Part shown: positions 9,393-19,772 of the stretch, piece by piece
How positions within the stretch are numbered: the stretch's first letter is position 1
Layout of the letters: every line of letters begins with the position of its first letter
Origin: an uncultured Solirubrobacterales bacterium
Lineage (GTDB): Bacteria; Actinomycetota; Thermoleophilia; Solirubrobacterales; Solirubrobacteraceae
DNA length: 64,000 nucleotides
Direction of reading: 5' to 3'
NCBI GenBank assembly: GCA_963731355.1
Contig: CAVSUS010000004.1
Span: forward strand, 129,926-193,925
The notes under the pieces: model-generated
What the model was told of the DNA's origin: nothing
Databases searched by the model: none
The model's input: the letters and a program-made list of their open reading frames with translations, nothing else
Translations under genes and position numbers: made by a program

Positions 9393-10130
9393 TCACATTG
9401 GGGTGCGGCGCAGGAGCCAGCAGATGGCTCCGATCGCCGCGGCTGACCAGGCGGCAAACACGGCGAGCTGGACAGGAAGGCCCGGGAGTCCGAGCCATGG
9501 ATCGGCGATCCCGGGGATCGCGGATGGCAGCGCGCTCGAGATCGTGTGCATTGCGCCGGTCATGGCGCCTTTGGGGGGTCCGCCGCCGCCGAGCAGGTAC
9601 AGCGGGAAGAATGCGATCAGCCCGATCGCTTGGGCGGCGCGCGCGCTGGGTGCGGCGAGGCCGAGTGCGACACCGACGAGGATGAGGGTCAGCGTGCCGG
9701 CGCCGAGGCCGAGCAGCACCTGCGCGGGATGGACGACGTGGGGGATGCCGTAGGTGGGTATGGCGGCCGCGAGTACCGCCACGAGCCCGACGAGAACCAA
9801 GCCCGCAGTGACGATCGCTTGGGCGGCGATCGTCTGGGCGGGCGTGACGCCGAACGCCTCGAGGCGGCGCAGCACGCCCCGCTCGCGGTATGCGGCGAGC
9901 GTGACCGGGAGGCCCACGAGTGCCAGCGCGATGACCGGCACCCCGGCCGACGCGGCAACGTAGTAGTGCTGCGGGTTCTGCCAGGAGAAGCCGACGGTGG
10001 GGTGCGTGCCGAACACTCCCGCGAGGATCAGCATCACCAGCGGCGGGAAGACGAATGCGAACACGAGCACGGTCCAGTCGCGGGTGAGCAGACGCAGCTC
10101 GGTTGGCGTGAGCACGAGCAGTGAGGTCAT
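9393..10130 (-). CDS. ABC-2 permease
   Basis: Multi-TM, YRERGVLRRL. Confidence 0.88.
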   Translation of the reverse strand: MTSLLVLTPTELRLLTRDWTVLVFAFVFPPLVMLILAGVFGTHPTVGFSWQNPQHYYVAASAGVPVIALALVGLPVTLAAYRERGVLRRLEAFGVTPAQTIAAQAIVTAGLVLVGLVAVLAAAIPTYGIPHVVHPAQVLLGLGAGTLTLILVGVALGLAAPSARAAQAIGLIAFFPLYLLGGGGPPKGAMTGAMHTISSALPSAIPGIADPWLGLPGLPVQLAVFAAWSAAAIGAICWLLRRTPM

Positions 10131-11035
10131 CGCTGATCTCCGTTCAGTAGTGACATGACGGCCTCCTCGAGGGACGGCCGGATTACGGTGAAGTCGCGGG
10201 GAGCGAGATCGCGGCGCGCCAGTTCGGTCGCGAGGTGCACGACCGACTCGGGGTCGACCGCGATGTCCGCGCTGGCGCCGTCGTAGCCGATCTCGGCTAC
10301 GCCGGGGAGCCGAGCGAGCCCCTCGAGACCGGCGGCGCTGGGCGAGGAGAAGCGCACGCGCACGGTGCCCATCGCGGTCGCCAGCTCAACGGGTCGGCCG
10401 CAGGTCACCAGCTTGCCTTCGTGCAGCACCGCGACGCGGTCGCACAGCCGCTCGGCCTCTTCCATATCGTGGGTGACGAGCACGATGGTGGTGCCGTGGT
10501 CGCGGGCCTGCTCGACGAGCCGCCAGGTCTCTCTCCGCGCGAGCGGGTCGAGTCCTTGCGTGAGCTCGTCGAGGAACACCAGGCGTGGCCGGTTGATCAT
10601 CGCCAGCGCCAGGAACAGCCGCTGGCGCTCCCCGCCGGAGAGGTCGCCGAATTGCTTGCCGATCAACGGCTCAAGGCGCCAGGATCGCGCCAGCTGCCGC
10701 CAGTCGACGCGGCCGTCGGCCAACCGGGCGAACAGCCTCAGCGCCTCCCCGACCCGCAGACGCTCGGGCAGCGCGGAGGTCTGCAGTTGTGAGCCGACCA
10801 GCGCACGCAACCGCTTGCGGTCGCGGCCGGGATCGAAACCGAGCACCCGAACCTGTCCGCGGTCGCGGCTGCGCAGGCCCTGGAGGATCTCGACCGTGGT
10901 TGTCTTGCCGGCGCCGTTGCGTCCGGCGATGCCGAAGATCTCGCCGACTCCGACCGCGAACGACACGCCACGGAGCACGAGCTGCCCGTCGTAGTTCTTG
11001 TGGAGGTCATGGACCTCGATGGCTGTGTTCATCAT
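10127..11035 (-). CDS. ABC transporter ATP-binding protein
   Basis: GRNGAGKTT, LSGGE, FLDELT, THDMEEA. Confidence 0.93.
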   Translation of the reverse strand: MMNTAIEVHDLHKNYDGQLVLRGVSFAVGVGEIFGIAGRNGAGKTTTVEILQGLRSRDRGQVRVLGFDPGRDRKRLRALVGSQLQTSALPERLRVGEALRLFARLADGRVDWRQLARSWRLEPLIGKQFGDLSGGERQRLFLALAMINRPRLVFLDELTQGLDPLARRETWRLVEQARDHGTTIVLVTHDMEEAERLCDRVAVLHEGKLVTCGRPVELATAMGTVRVRFSSPSAAGLEGLARLPGVAEIGYDGASADIAVDPESVVHLATELARRDLAPRDFTVIRPSLEEAVMSLLNGDQR

Positions 11036-11170
11036 GCCGGCAACGCTAGGCGCCGGCCGGCGATCGCACATCGGGCTGCGGGCCCGATCTAGCCTCCGAC
11101 CACAGTGGGAAACGACACCAACGGTGGGCGGATCGCGCCCGCGAAGCTGCCGGTTCGATCGCGGGAGGCG

Positions 11171-11836
11171 CTATTTGTCGGCCGCGCCGGGGACGACGAA
11201 ACCGTGGTCGTAGGCGAACACGATCGCCGCCGCCCGGTCGCGCACGCCGAGCTTGCCGAAGATGCTCCCGATGTGGGTCTTCACGGTCGCCTCAGCCAGA
11301 TACAGTGTGGCGGCGATCTCGCTGTTGGTCGCGCCGCGAGCGATCAGTGCCAGCACCTCACGTTCGCGGTCGGATAGCAGTTCGAGGCGCGCCGCTTGGC
11401 GGCCGGCGGGCGCGACGCGCCGCCGATAGTGCTCGAGGATCCGCGGCGCCACCGCGGGATCGAACCAGGCCGCGCCGCCCGCGACGGCACGTACCGCCGC
11501 GATCAGATCCTCCGCCGAGCTGTCCTTCAGCACAAACCCGGCGGCGCCCGCCTCGAGTGCGCCCCACAGCACCTCGTCCTCCCCGAACGTGGTCAGCACC
11601 AGCACCGCGATGGCGTCGGCCACCTCGCGGAGACCGGCGGTCGCCGCGATCCCGTCGAGCACCGGCATCCGGATATCCATTAGAACGACATCAGGCTGCA
11701 GCTTTGGGAGGTCGTCCAGCGCCTGGCGACCGTCCGCACACTCGGCGACCACCTCAAACCCGTCCGCCGGCGAGAGGATCCGCGCCAATCCGGTACGAAC
11801 GATCGCCTGATCGTCAACCAGCGCGATCCGGATCAC
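11171..11836 (-). CDS. NarL/LuxR response regulator
   Basis: LVDDQ, LMDIRMP, LSDREREVL, TVKTH. Confidence 0.95.
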   Translation of the reverse strand: MIRIALVDDQAIVRTGLARILSPADGFEVVAECADGRQALDDLPKLQPDVVLMDIRMPVLDGIAATAGLREVADAIAVLVLTTFGEDEVLWGALEAGAAGFVLKDSSAEDLIAAVRAVAGGAAWFDPAVAPRILEHYRRRVAPAGRQAARLELLSDREREVLALIARGATNSEIAATLYLAEATVKTHIGSIFGKLGVRDRAAAIVFAYDHGFVVPGAADK

Positions 11837-13008
11837 GTGGCTCCACCTGGCCCGCCCGCTCCCAATCCCGGTTGGCCTGCTGAGATGTCCAGCGGCAGCC
11901 GGCAGCTGACCGTCCAACCCTGCGGGGTCGGCCCCGCCGTGAGCTCGCCCCCGAGCGCCGCCGCCCGCTCCCGCATCCCGATCAGCCCGTAGCGGCTACG
12001 CTCCGGCTCCTCCTCAGGTTCGGCGGGGACCGGCCCCATGGTCTTCGCGAGCAGAGAGACCTGCGCATCGGACACATCCAGCCCGAGCACCGTCCGCGCC
12101 CGCGGGGCGTGGCGAGCCGCGTTCGCGAGGGCCTCCTGCGCGATCCGATACAGGGCCAGGCCCACGCCCGGACCAATCTCGGATAGATCGCCCCGGATGC
12201 GGAGCTCCACGGGAAGCCCCCCGGCGCGCGCCTGATCGACTAGCGCAGGAAGCTCGAACGCCGATGGAACCGGCGGTAGCACCGCGGCGTCATCGTCGCT
12301 GCGTAACAGCGCGACCGTCCGGCGCAGCTCCCGCATCGAGCGGCGGCCCATATCCTCCGCCGAGAGCAGCGCCTCCTCGGCCGCCGCCGGATCGCGGCGC
12401 AGAACGTGCCGCGCGCTCGTCACCTGAAGCATCACCGCGGCCAACCCGTGCCCCACGAAATCATGCACGTCCCGCGCGATTCGTCGGCGCTCCTCGAGCA
12501 GCGCCCGCTCCGCCAGTTCGCGCCGGGTGGCCTCGAGTTCAGCTTGAAGCCTCCCCTGGCGCAGGATCGCGCGCCCGATCGCCCACGGGAACGCGATTCC
12601 GAGGATCCAGATCCCAACCGAAATGTTGCCGTGTGTCTCGATTACATCCACGACCGCCGGAGATGCCACCGCGAGCACTCCCAACGCCGCCGCCAGCGCG
12701 ACCGACGCCGACCAGCGCGCAATGACAAACGCAAGGACCGAGACCTCGAACATCGCCGGTTCATGGCTCCCGGAGCGCTGCACCACCACGACCGGCACCA
12801 GGACGGCCAAGGCGACCACCACAACAGGTACGCGCGGCAGAAACGACCACAGCGCGAAAGCCGCCACCGGGATCGCCAGCAGGAGCACATCCGACACAGA
12901 AGATGGAGAGGTAAGGGCGGCCACAACCGCCACGGCGAGCGCGAACAACGGAACCAGCCGGCGAACCTCATCGGCCCCGGAGCGCGAGGAGGACGGCTTG
13001 GTATTCAC
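11833..13008 (-). CDS. HisKA_3 membrane sensor kinase
   Basis: ERRRIARDVHDFVGH, QEALANAARH, GLIGMRER. Confidence 0.93.
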   Translation of the reverse strand: MNTKPSSSRSGADEVRRLVPLFALAVAVVAALTSPSSVSDVLLLAIPVAAFALWSFLPRVPVVVVALAVLVPVVVVQRSGSHEPAMFEVSVLAFVIARWSASVALAAALGVLAVASPAVVDVIETHGNISVGIWILGIAFPWAIGRAILRQGRLQAELEATRRELAERALLEERRRIARDVHDFVGHGLAAVMLQVTSARHVLRRDPAAAEEALLSAEDMGRRSMRELRRTVALLRSDDDAAVLPPVPSAFELPALVDQARAGGLPVELRIRGDLSEIGPGVGLALYRIAQEALANAARHAPRARTVLGLDVSDAQVSLLAKTMGPVPAEPEEEPERSRYGLIGMRERAAALGGELTAGPTPQGWTVSCRLPLDISAGQPGLGAGGPGGAT

Positions 13009-13135
13009 ACGACCAAGTTACTGTCGCGCGATCGTCACGACATCCACCCGCGGGGCGGACCTCACGCCAGACCAGGGTAGGAGGGTTTGGCACGGCGCTC
13101 GGTCGTTGCGAACCGGGGCCGCGGCATAAGGTTTG

Positions 13136-16100
13136 TCAGTTGGCTTCGCGTTTGGCGGCCAGCGCGGCCAGCTCGGAGCGATTTCGGATGTCGAGCTTGG
13201 CGTAAATGTGCGACAGGTGGACCTTGACGGTGCCGCGGGAGACCAACATGCGTTTGGCGATCTCAGGATTGCTCAGGCCCTTCCCGGCCAGGTGAACCAC
13301 TCGTACCTCGGTCGGGGTAAGGGATTCCCAGCCGCCGGCAGGACGCTTCCGCGTGCCGCGGGCGCGTCGCAACCAGCCGATCGCTTCGTTGGTGGTCATC
13401 GCGCGGCCGTCTTGGAGAGCTTGTGCGTAGGCGTCTTGACCCAGTTCCGCCTGCACGAGTTGGTGGAGCGTGTCGATTCGCTCCTGCTCGCGCGCCCAGC
13501 GGACGTGGCCGATCTCTTCCCGGGCGCGTTCCGCGGCGCCAAGGATCCGTGCACCTTCCTCGAAGCTTTTCAGCGTCACCGCAACGCCGGCGAGGATGTC
13601 CAGCACCGGGTACAGCAGTGGCCTGAATCCGTGTTCGACGGCTGCCGTGAGGGCTTCGTGAGCGATACGCTCGGCGTCGCTCGGCTCATGCTTGGCTAAC
13701 GCCGTCGCGGCGAGGTGTTGGCGGGCGGTGGCGTCGATCAGTGGATTGCGAAGCTGCGTGTCGTTCATTTTTCGAGCAGCCCGGGTATGCGCGGCGGCCT
13801 TGTTCGACTCCCCGAGGCACAGCTCAATGCGAGCCAGGAAGGTGAGCGCTGACGCGGTTCCGTAGGGGCCACCGCCGATGTTCGCCTCCACGTACCAGGT
13901 CAGCGAGTCGCGTGCCTGCTCCAGCTGTCCGATCGATGCCTGCGCGTAGAACGTTCCGGCCAGCAGCGCCGGCATGGCAAGACCAGCCCCGGTGGCGATC
14001 GCGTACTCCATGGCGGGCTGGAGCTCGGCCAGGGCGGTTGCTCCCTGGCCGCGCTCGGCACGCAGAAGGGCTCGAAAGCCCTGTGCGTTGCCCCCGCTGA
14101 CGGGCTCTCCGACCGCATCCGCGGCGTCGATCGCGCGCTGATACGAGGCCAGCGCTTCCTCATCGCGGCCTTCGGACTGGCGTGCGAGCCCCAGCCCCCA
14201 CCAATACCACGCGACGAACTCGGCATAGCCGCCGCGCTCATACACCTCATACGCCTCCTCGAATAGCCTCAACGCGCCGAGATCGGCCTGCATCATGAAC
14301 GTACTGGCCAGGATTTCGGTGGACTCGGCGAGACACCAGTCATCGCCGCTTTCGCGTGCCAGTTCGCGCGCCCGCTCGAGCTCCGGCTGGGCGGCTAGCG
14401 GATCTCTGAGCATCAAGACGCTCCCGATTGCCGTCAGCGCCCGGGCGGCAATTGCCGTGTCGTTGCTGAGTTCGGCGAGCTCCAGGGCGTCGCCGGCGGT
14501 CGCGAACGCTTCATCCAGACGTCCGGCATAGACGAGCAGGTAGGCACGCGCCCAGACCGCTCTGGCCCGCAGGGCGGAGGATTCGGCGCCGGGCGCATCG
14601 AGCGCCTTGAGGTACATCGCGTCGGCGAGCTCGAACCGCCCTCGGAACTTCCACCACACGGTCAGCGCGATGCACAGCCGCAGCGCTCGCTCCCCATCGG
14701 TCTCGGCAGCGCGCGCGGCGGCCAGGGCGAGGTTTGCCGCTTCGAGATCGAGCGCGTCGAGCCAGACGCCGGGCGCCGCTGCGTACAGGCGCGGAGCGAC
14801 CCGTTCGGCCAGGCTCACGAAGAAGTCGCGGTGTCGGTCACGCACGAATTCGCGCTCGCCGGCGACGGTCAGCCGGTCAAGCGCGTACTGCCGCACGGTC
14901 TCGAGCAGCCGGTAGCGCATACCCCCACCGCGCTCCTCCGCCGCAACCATCGACTTGTCGACGAGCGAGGTGAGCAGATCGAGGATCGCCATCCGACCAA
15001 GCCGATTCCCCGCACAAACCTCTTCGACGGCGTCGAGCGTCCATCCGCCGGAGAACACGGCGAGCCGCCGGAACAGGACCCGCTCGTCGTCGCTCAAGAG
15101 GTCGTGGCTCCAGTCAACCGATGCGCGGAGCGTCTGCTGTCTTGGCATCGCCGAACGAGCCCCGCCCGTGAGCAGACGGAACCGATCACCCAGGCCGGCG
15201 GCGATCTGCTGAGGGCTCAGGACCCGGACACGGGCCGCGGCAAGCTCGATGGCCAACGGAATCCCGTCCAGGTCGTGACATGTCTGCGCGATGGCGGGAG
15301 CGTTATCCGCGTTGACAGTGAAGTTCGGGCGCACCTGGAGCGCGCGTTCGATGAACAACCGCACCGCATCGCACTGGGTGAGCGCGCCCAACGGCTCAAT
15401 CTGCGCGTTGTCAGGCAGCGACAGCGATGGGACGCGCCAGGCTGTCTCGCCCGGCACCCCAAGCGGGGCGCGACTCGTGGACAGCACCGTCACCTCCGGA
15501 CACGCTCGCAACAGGGCCTCGGTCGTCTCCGCAGAGGCCTCGAGGAGGTGCTCGCAGTTGTCCAGCACAAGCAGCACACTGGCCCCCGCCAGCTTCGCGA
15601 TCACGGCATCGCGCGAAGACTGACCGGGAAGCGGCCTGACAGATAGAGATTCGGCGAGCGCTTGGTCCACACCAGCGGCATCCGGGACCGGAGCCAACTC
15701 GACCCACCACACGCCACCTGGAAAACGCTCCAGCGCCTCCGCGGCCGCTTGCGTCGCCAGACGCGTCTTGCCGCACCCGCCCGCGCCGGTCAGGGTCACC
15801 AGGCGGGTGCTGTCGAGCAAGCTGGTCACCTCTTCGAGCTCATGTTTGCGGCCGATGAACGTGGTCAGCTGGTCCGGGAGGTTGTTGGGCAGCGCGTCGA
15901 GCGAGCGCAGCGGCTCGACGACGTCCGGCAGGTCGGGGTGACTCAGCGCGTAGATGTGCTCGGGGCGGCCGAGATCGCGCAGCCGGTGGATCCCCAGGTC
16001 CACCAGCGTCGCTCCGTCCGGCAGACGATCGACCGTCAGATCGTGAACTGCCCGCGACAACAGCGACTGGCCGCCGTGCGCGATCCCTCGCAGCCTGGCG

Positions 16101-16579
16101 CAGCGACTGAGCGCGACGCCGAAGTAGTTCCCCTCGTCGCGGATCTGTGCCTCGGCCGCATGCAAGGCAATCCGGACGCGCAAGTCGAGGCCCGCCGGCC
16201 ACGGCTGGCGTGACAGCGCGAGCTGCGCCTGCAGAGCTGCCGCGACGGCGTCCGAGGCGCGGGCGAACGCCGCCATCACACTGTCGCCTTCTCCCTGCTC
16301 GACCGGTCGCACCCCGCCGTGGCGCTCGATCGCGTCGGCCAGGAGCGCGTAGTGCAGCGGCACGGCCTCGGCCATTGCCGCCCCAGATGCCTCCCACAGC
16401 CGGGTCGATCCCTCGATGTCGGTGAGCAGGAATGTCACCGTGCCCGCCGGCAAGGCAAATGTCGTGTCAGCTGCTTCGACCGTCCGGTCCACGTCCCAAC
16501 CCCATATCGCCGGCCGGCCAAGAGCCAGGCCGGGTGCTGATCTTCTCACGGTCGCCGCATCCCTGTCGATCGAATGCAT
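13136..16579 (-). CDS. Class III cyclase-ATPase (STAND)-LuxR HTH regulator, Rv0386-like
   Basis: TFLLTDIEGST and EQGEGD cyclase motifs; GAGGCGKT; LVLDNCEHL; LDGIPLAIELAA; C-terminal LTPTE...TVKVHLSHIYAKL; start uncertain. Confidence 0.92.
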   Translation of the reverse strand: MHSIDRDAATVRRSAPGLALGRPAIWGWDVDRTVEAADTTFALPAGTVTFLLTDIEGSTRLWEASGAAMAEAVPLHYALLADAIERHGGVRPVEQGEGDSVMAAFARASDAVAAALQAQLALSRQPWPAGLDLRVRIALHAAEAQIRDEGNYFGVALSRCARLRGIAHGGQSLLSRAVHDLTVDRLPDGATLVDLGIHRLRDLGRPEHIYALSHPDLPDVVEPLRSLDALPNNLPDQLTTFIGRKHELEEVTSLLDSTRLVTLTGAGGCGKTRLATQAAAEALERFPGGVWWVELAPVPDAAGVDQALAESLSVRPLPGQSSRDAVIAKLAGASVLLVLDNCEHLLEASAETTEALLRACPEVTVLSTSRAPLGVPGETAWRVPSLSLPDNAQIEPLGALTQCDAVRLFIERALQVRPNFTVNADNAPAIAQTCHDLDGIPLAIELAAARVRVLSPQQIAAGLGDRFRLLTGGARSAMPRQQTLRASVDWSHDLLSDDERVLFRRLAVFSGGWTLDAVEEVCAGNRLGRMAILDLLTSLVDKSMVAAEERGGGMRYRLLETVRQYALDRLTVAGEREFVRDRHRDFFVSLAERVAPRLYAAAPGVWLDALDLEAANLALAAARAAETDGERALRLCIALTVWWKFRGRFELADAMYLKALDAPGAESSALRARAVWARAYLLVYAGRLDEAFATAGDALELAELSNDTAIAARALTAIGSVLMLRDPLAAQPELERARELARESGDDWCLAESTEILASTFMMQADLGALRLFEEAYEVYERGGYAEFVAWYWWGLGLARQSEGRDEEALASYQRAIDAADAVGEPVSGGNAQGFRALLRAERGQGATALAELQPAMEYAIATGAGLAMPALLAGTFYAQASIGQLEQARDSLTWYVEANIGGGPYGTASALTFLARIELCLGESNKAAAHTRAARKMNDTQLRNPLIDATARQHLAATALAKHEPSDAERIAHEALTAAVEHGFRPLLYPVLDILAGVAVTLKSFEEGARILGAAERAREEIGHVRWAREQERIDTLHQLVQAELGQDAYAQALQDGRAMTTNEAIGWLRRARGTRKRPAGGWESLTPTEVRVVHLAGKGLSNPEIAKRMLVSRGTVKVHLSHIYAKLDIRNRSELAALAAKREAN

Positions 16580-16831
16580 TCCGCAGCGAGCCCGGCCACG
16601 AGGACCCGCGACGCCTCAGGAACCAGCGCCACACCGACAGCCCCACGGCGACGACGCTTGGCGGCAACGCGTGGCTGCAGCGCACGGCGACGACCACACC
16701 TACTCCGCGCGTCGGCGTTGGCCAAGTTGACGCGATCGACGTGAGCTGGGCCAGCGACCGACCGGGATGCGGATCGCGCCTGCCCAATCGTAAGCCACGA
16801 TCCGCACGGTAATCGCTCGGTGGCGGCAGTA

Positions 16832-16849
16832 CATCTGCCAGGTGGCATA
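16832..16849 (-). promoter_or_regulatory. Box TATGCCACCTGGCAGATG facing the cyclase-ATPase-LuxR gene
   Basis: 16/18 match to 16974-16991 in inverted orientation; TACCGT follows after 20 nt. Confidence 0.6.
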
Positions 16850-16894
16850 CATGCGAGCGGGATATCAAGGAACTCTCTAAACCTCGGCTGTGTC

Positions 16895-16911
16895 CAGGGA
16901 TGTCCCTGACG
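16895..16911 (+). promoter_or_regulatory. Box CAGGGATGTCCCTGACG
   Basis: Palindromic core resembling the 33.6 and 36.4 kb boxes; TAGCGT follows after 20 nt. Confidence 0.5.
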
Positions 16912-16973
16912 ACTCACGCACGCCCCGGCCCTAGCGTGGCGTCCAACTGATCTGGCCATCACGCACGCCGAGA

Positions 16974-16991
16974 TATGCCACCCGCCAGATG
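16974..16991 (+). promoter_or_regulatory. Box TATGCCACCCGCCAGATG facing the small Zn-ribbon gene
   Basis: TAACTT follows after 20 nt. Confidence 0.6.
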
Positions 16992-17244
16992 CACGACACG
17001 ATCACGGCGCCTAACTTCGGCGGGAAGAACACATCGAGCTCACCAGTGAAGAGATCATGCGTCGAAGCATCGTCACCAACACGCCCGCCATTCGGTATCC
17101 GCCCGCGATCGCGACGCCTGCCAGAGGTGAGCCGCGGACACCGCCTCGAGGTCGGTTCGTGTTCGCGCTCGGCGACATGGCGGGTGATCCGAACGCGGCA
17201 TCCAGGCTCCCCGCAAGCGACCAAGCCACCAGAAAGGAACCAAC

Positions 17245-17520
17245 ATGCCTCGCGAACTGATTCCCGGCGCGGTGACGACACTCGAGCACGACTGCCCGGG
17301 CTGCGGCGCGCCGATAGAAATCATCGACCGCTTCACGCTTTGGGGAGTGCCCGAGGACGTCGAGCACGTCAAACTGCGCTGCCCCCTCGGCCATTGGTTC
17401 ACCCTGCCGACCGACTGGCTCGCGCACATTGACGCCGGGCCGGCCCGGTCCGCCCACTCCCGGCCATCCCTTGACGCTGGCCAGCCACTAACGTCGGCCA
17501 CCCCGCGCTCCGTGAGTTAG
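17245..17520 (+). CDS. Small putative zinc-ribbon protein
   Basis: GAAAGGAA RBS; CPGC...VEHVKLRCPLGHWF. Confidence 0.7.
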   Translation: MPRELIPGAVTTLEHDCPGCGAPIEIIDRFTLWGVPEDVEHVKLRCPLGHWFTLPTDWLAHIDAGPARSAHSRPSLDAGQPLTSATPRSVS

Positions 17521-17699
17521 ACGAGGACGGCGAGCACCCAGCGGTTGTACTGAGTGTCACTCTCGACGAGCTTTGCTGACCAAGGATGTGGTGGACGCGG
17601 GTCTTCACGGTCTTGAGCGTCAGCCACACACGCCCGCCAATCCCGCGGCCAGTCACGGCCTAGGCGTACGGCGATCAAACAGCACCCTCGACTGCAGCA

Positions 17700-18050
17700 T
17701 CGTCGACCTCGACCGTCCCGAAACCGTAGCCGCGGCGATCGCGGCGGTTGACCTCGTCGTCAATTCCGTACCCCATACCGCGCTGACCGCCGAGCGGCTG
17801 GTGTTGCGGCAGGGCGGCGCGCTGATCGACGTCCCGATGCGCCCGGCGGCCGCCGCTCGGCGGCTACGCGCCGAGACCGGGCACGCTCGCGGCACCGTCC
17901 TGCTGAATGCCGGCAGGACGCCGGGAGTGAGTAACCTCGTGGTGGCAGACCTGCTCGCGGCACACCCCGACGCCGACACGGTCGAGATCGTCTTCAGCTT
18001 CACGGCGCGCGGCGCGAGCGGCAGGGCCGCCGGGGAGTCGGTGCACAGGC
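17700..18050 (+). pseudogene. Saccharopine dehydrogenase-like oxidoreductase internal fragment
   Basis: VDLDRPETVAAAIAAVDLVVNSV...NAGRTPGVSNLVV; no Rossmann N-terminus or C-terminus; ends approximate. Confidence 0.5.
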
Positions 18051-18181
18051 GAACCTCCAGCAGAGGGGCATCGCGGTCGATGCCGTCTTGTGAGCTAACG
18101 TCCGAACGCGTATCGGTTGAGGTTCTCGATTCCACCTCGGGCGCTGAAGGGAGGTTCGCGAGCGTGTAGGGTGAGCTGGTC

Positions 18182-19684
18182 ATGTCTGACACCCGCGGCA
18201 CGGGACAGCCATCTGGCGGCCCGCGTCGGCGTGTTACCGACCCGGGCAGGAACCCCGCGAGGGGTCTTGTGGGCGTGGCGTCCGACGGCCCGACGGTACT
18301 GCTGCTCGGCTTAGAAGAGGTTCACGACGACTGTTGGGCGGTGCTGGCGCCGGCGGGCGTTCAACTCGTGCGTGTCAGGGACATCGCCGGTGCTTTGCGC
18401 GCCCTCACTCACGGTGGTGTTCCGGTCGTGATCGCGGGCGCGCGGTGGGCCCGGGCGCTGATCACTGCCGTGCGTAGCCGGCGTGAGTTGGCCTCGACCC
18501 ACGTTGTCGTTGGTGCGGCGCTCGGCTCGCCGGGCGAGCTGCGCGAGGCCCTCGACGCCGGAGCGGACGACGTGATGCGCGTGCCGTTTGAGCCGGAGGT
18601 GCTCGTGGCTCGCGTGACGGCTGGGTTGCGCGCCGCCCGTCTGCGGGCCAACGAGTCGCTGCTGCGCTCGCTGGTCGCCAACATCCCCGGCGCCGTCTAT
18701 CGCTGCGCTTGGGACTCGGACTGGACGATGGAGTGGCTGAGCGACGAGATCGAGGAGATCTCGGGGTATCCGGCGACCGACTTCATCCACAGCGCGGTCC
18801 GGACGTTTGCCAGCGTGATCCATCCCGAGGATCGCGAACACGTTCAATCGTCGGTCATGGAGGCCGTGAACGCGGGCCGGCCGTTCATCCTGGAGTACCG
18901 GATCCAGCGGAATGACGGTGACGTGCGCTGGGTGCTCGAACGCGGGCAGGCCCAGGAGTCGGGTGACGGCCGGCGGTGGCTCGATGGAGCGATCTTCGAC
19001 ATCACCGTCCGCCGTGCCGCTCAGCAGGCGCTCCGCGAGAGGGAGGTCGCGGAGGCGCAGCTCTCTGAGGTTCGCGCCTCACGCGCTCGCATCCTCGAAG
19101 CCGCCGACCGTGCTCGCCGCGAGATCGAGCGCAACCTCCATGACGGTGCCCAGCAGCGGTTCGTGTCAGTGACGCTGGAGCTTCAGCGGCTGGCCGCCTG
19201 CGGTGACCTGCGCGACGACGTACGCAGGGATCTCGACGCCGCACTCGCCGAACTGCGTATGGGGCTGGCTGAGCTGCGGGACCTCGCTCATGGTTTGCAC
19301 CCGGCAGTCCTGACCGATCGCGGGCTCGAACGGGCGTTGAGGAGCATCGCCCAACACGCCGCGGTGCCGGTCGAGCTTCGTGTCGCGCTTCCCGGACCGC
19401 GGCTTGCCACGCGTGTCGAGGCTGCCGCGTACTTCACCGTCTCCGAGGCACTCACCAACGTGGCCAAGTACGCGCACGCGACCCGTGCCTGGGTGGACGT
19501 AGTGCAGCTCGAACGCTATCTAGGGGTCGAGGTGGGCGATGACGGCGCGGGTGGCGCCGACCTCTACTCCGGCTCGGGTCTGCAAGGGCTGAGGGACCGC
19601 ATCGCAGGGGTCAACGGAACGCTCACGATCGACAGCGCGCCCGGTGGCGGCACGATCCTGCGAGCGCGGCTACCGATCGACTGA
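18182..19684 (+). CDS. Soluble kinase: receiver-like, PAS and HisKA_3 domains
   Basis: ALDAGADD...PFEPEVL; NIPGAVYRC...IHPEDRE; ERNLHDGAQQR; EALTNVAKY; GSGLQGLRDR; start uncertain. Confidence 0.88.
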   Translation: MSDTRGTGQPSGGPRRRVTDPGRNPARGLVGVASDGPTVLLLGLEEVHDDCWAVLAPAGVQLVRVRDIAGALRALTHGGVPVVIAGARWARALITAVRSRRELASTHVVVGAALGSPGELREALDAGADDVMRVPFEPEVLVARVTAGLRAARLRANESLLRSLVANIPGAVYRCAWDSDWTMEWLSDEIEEISGYPATDFIHSAVRTFASVIHPEDREHVQSSVMEAVNAGRPFILEYRIQRNDGDVRWVLERGQAQESGDGRRWLDGAIFDITVRRAAQQALREREVAEAQLSEVRASRARILEAADRARREIERNLHDGAQQRFVSVTLELQRLAACGDLRDDVRRDLDAALAELRMGLAELRDLAHGLHPAVLTDRGLERALRSIAQHAAVPVELRVALPGPRLATRVEAAAYFTVSEALTNVAKYAHATRAWVDVVQLERYLGVEVGDDGAGGADLYSGSGLQGLRDRIAGVNGTLTIDSAPGGGTILRARLPID

Positions 19685-19772
19685 TCACACCCGGACTCCT
19701 CCCGATAGACGCGCGATGCCTTCGCGCAGGAGGACCGAGGCCTCTGATGACTGATCTCCTCGCTGCGTACTG

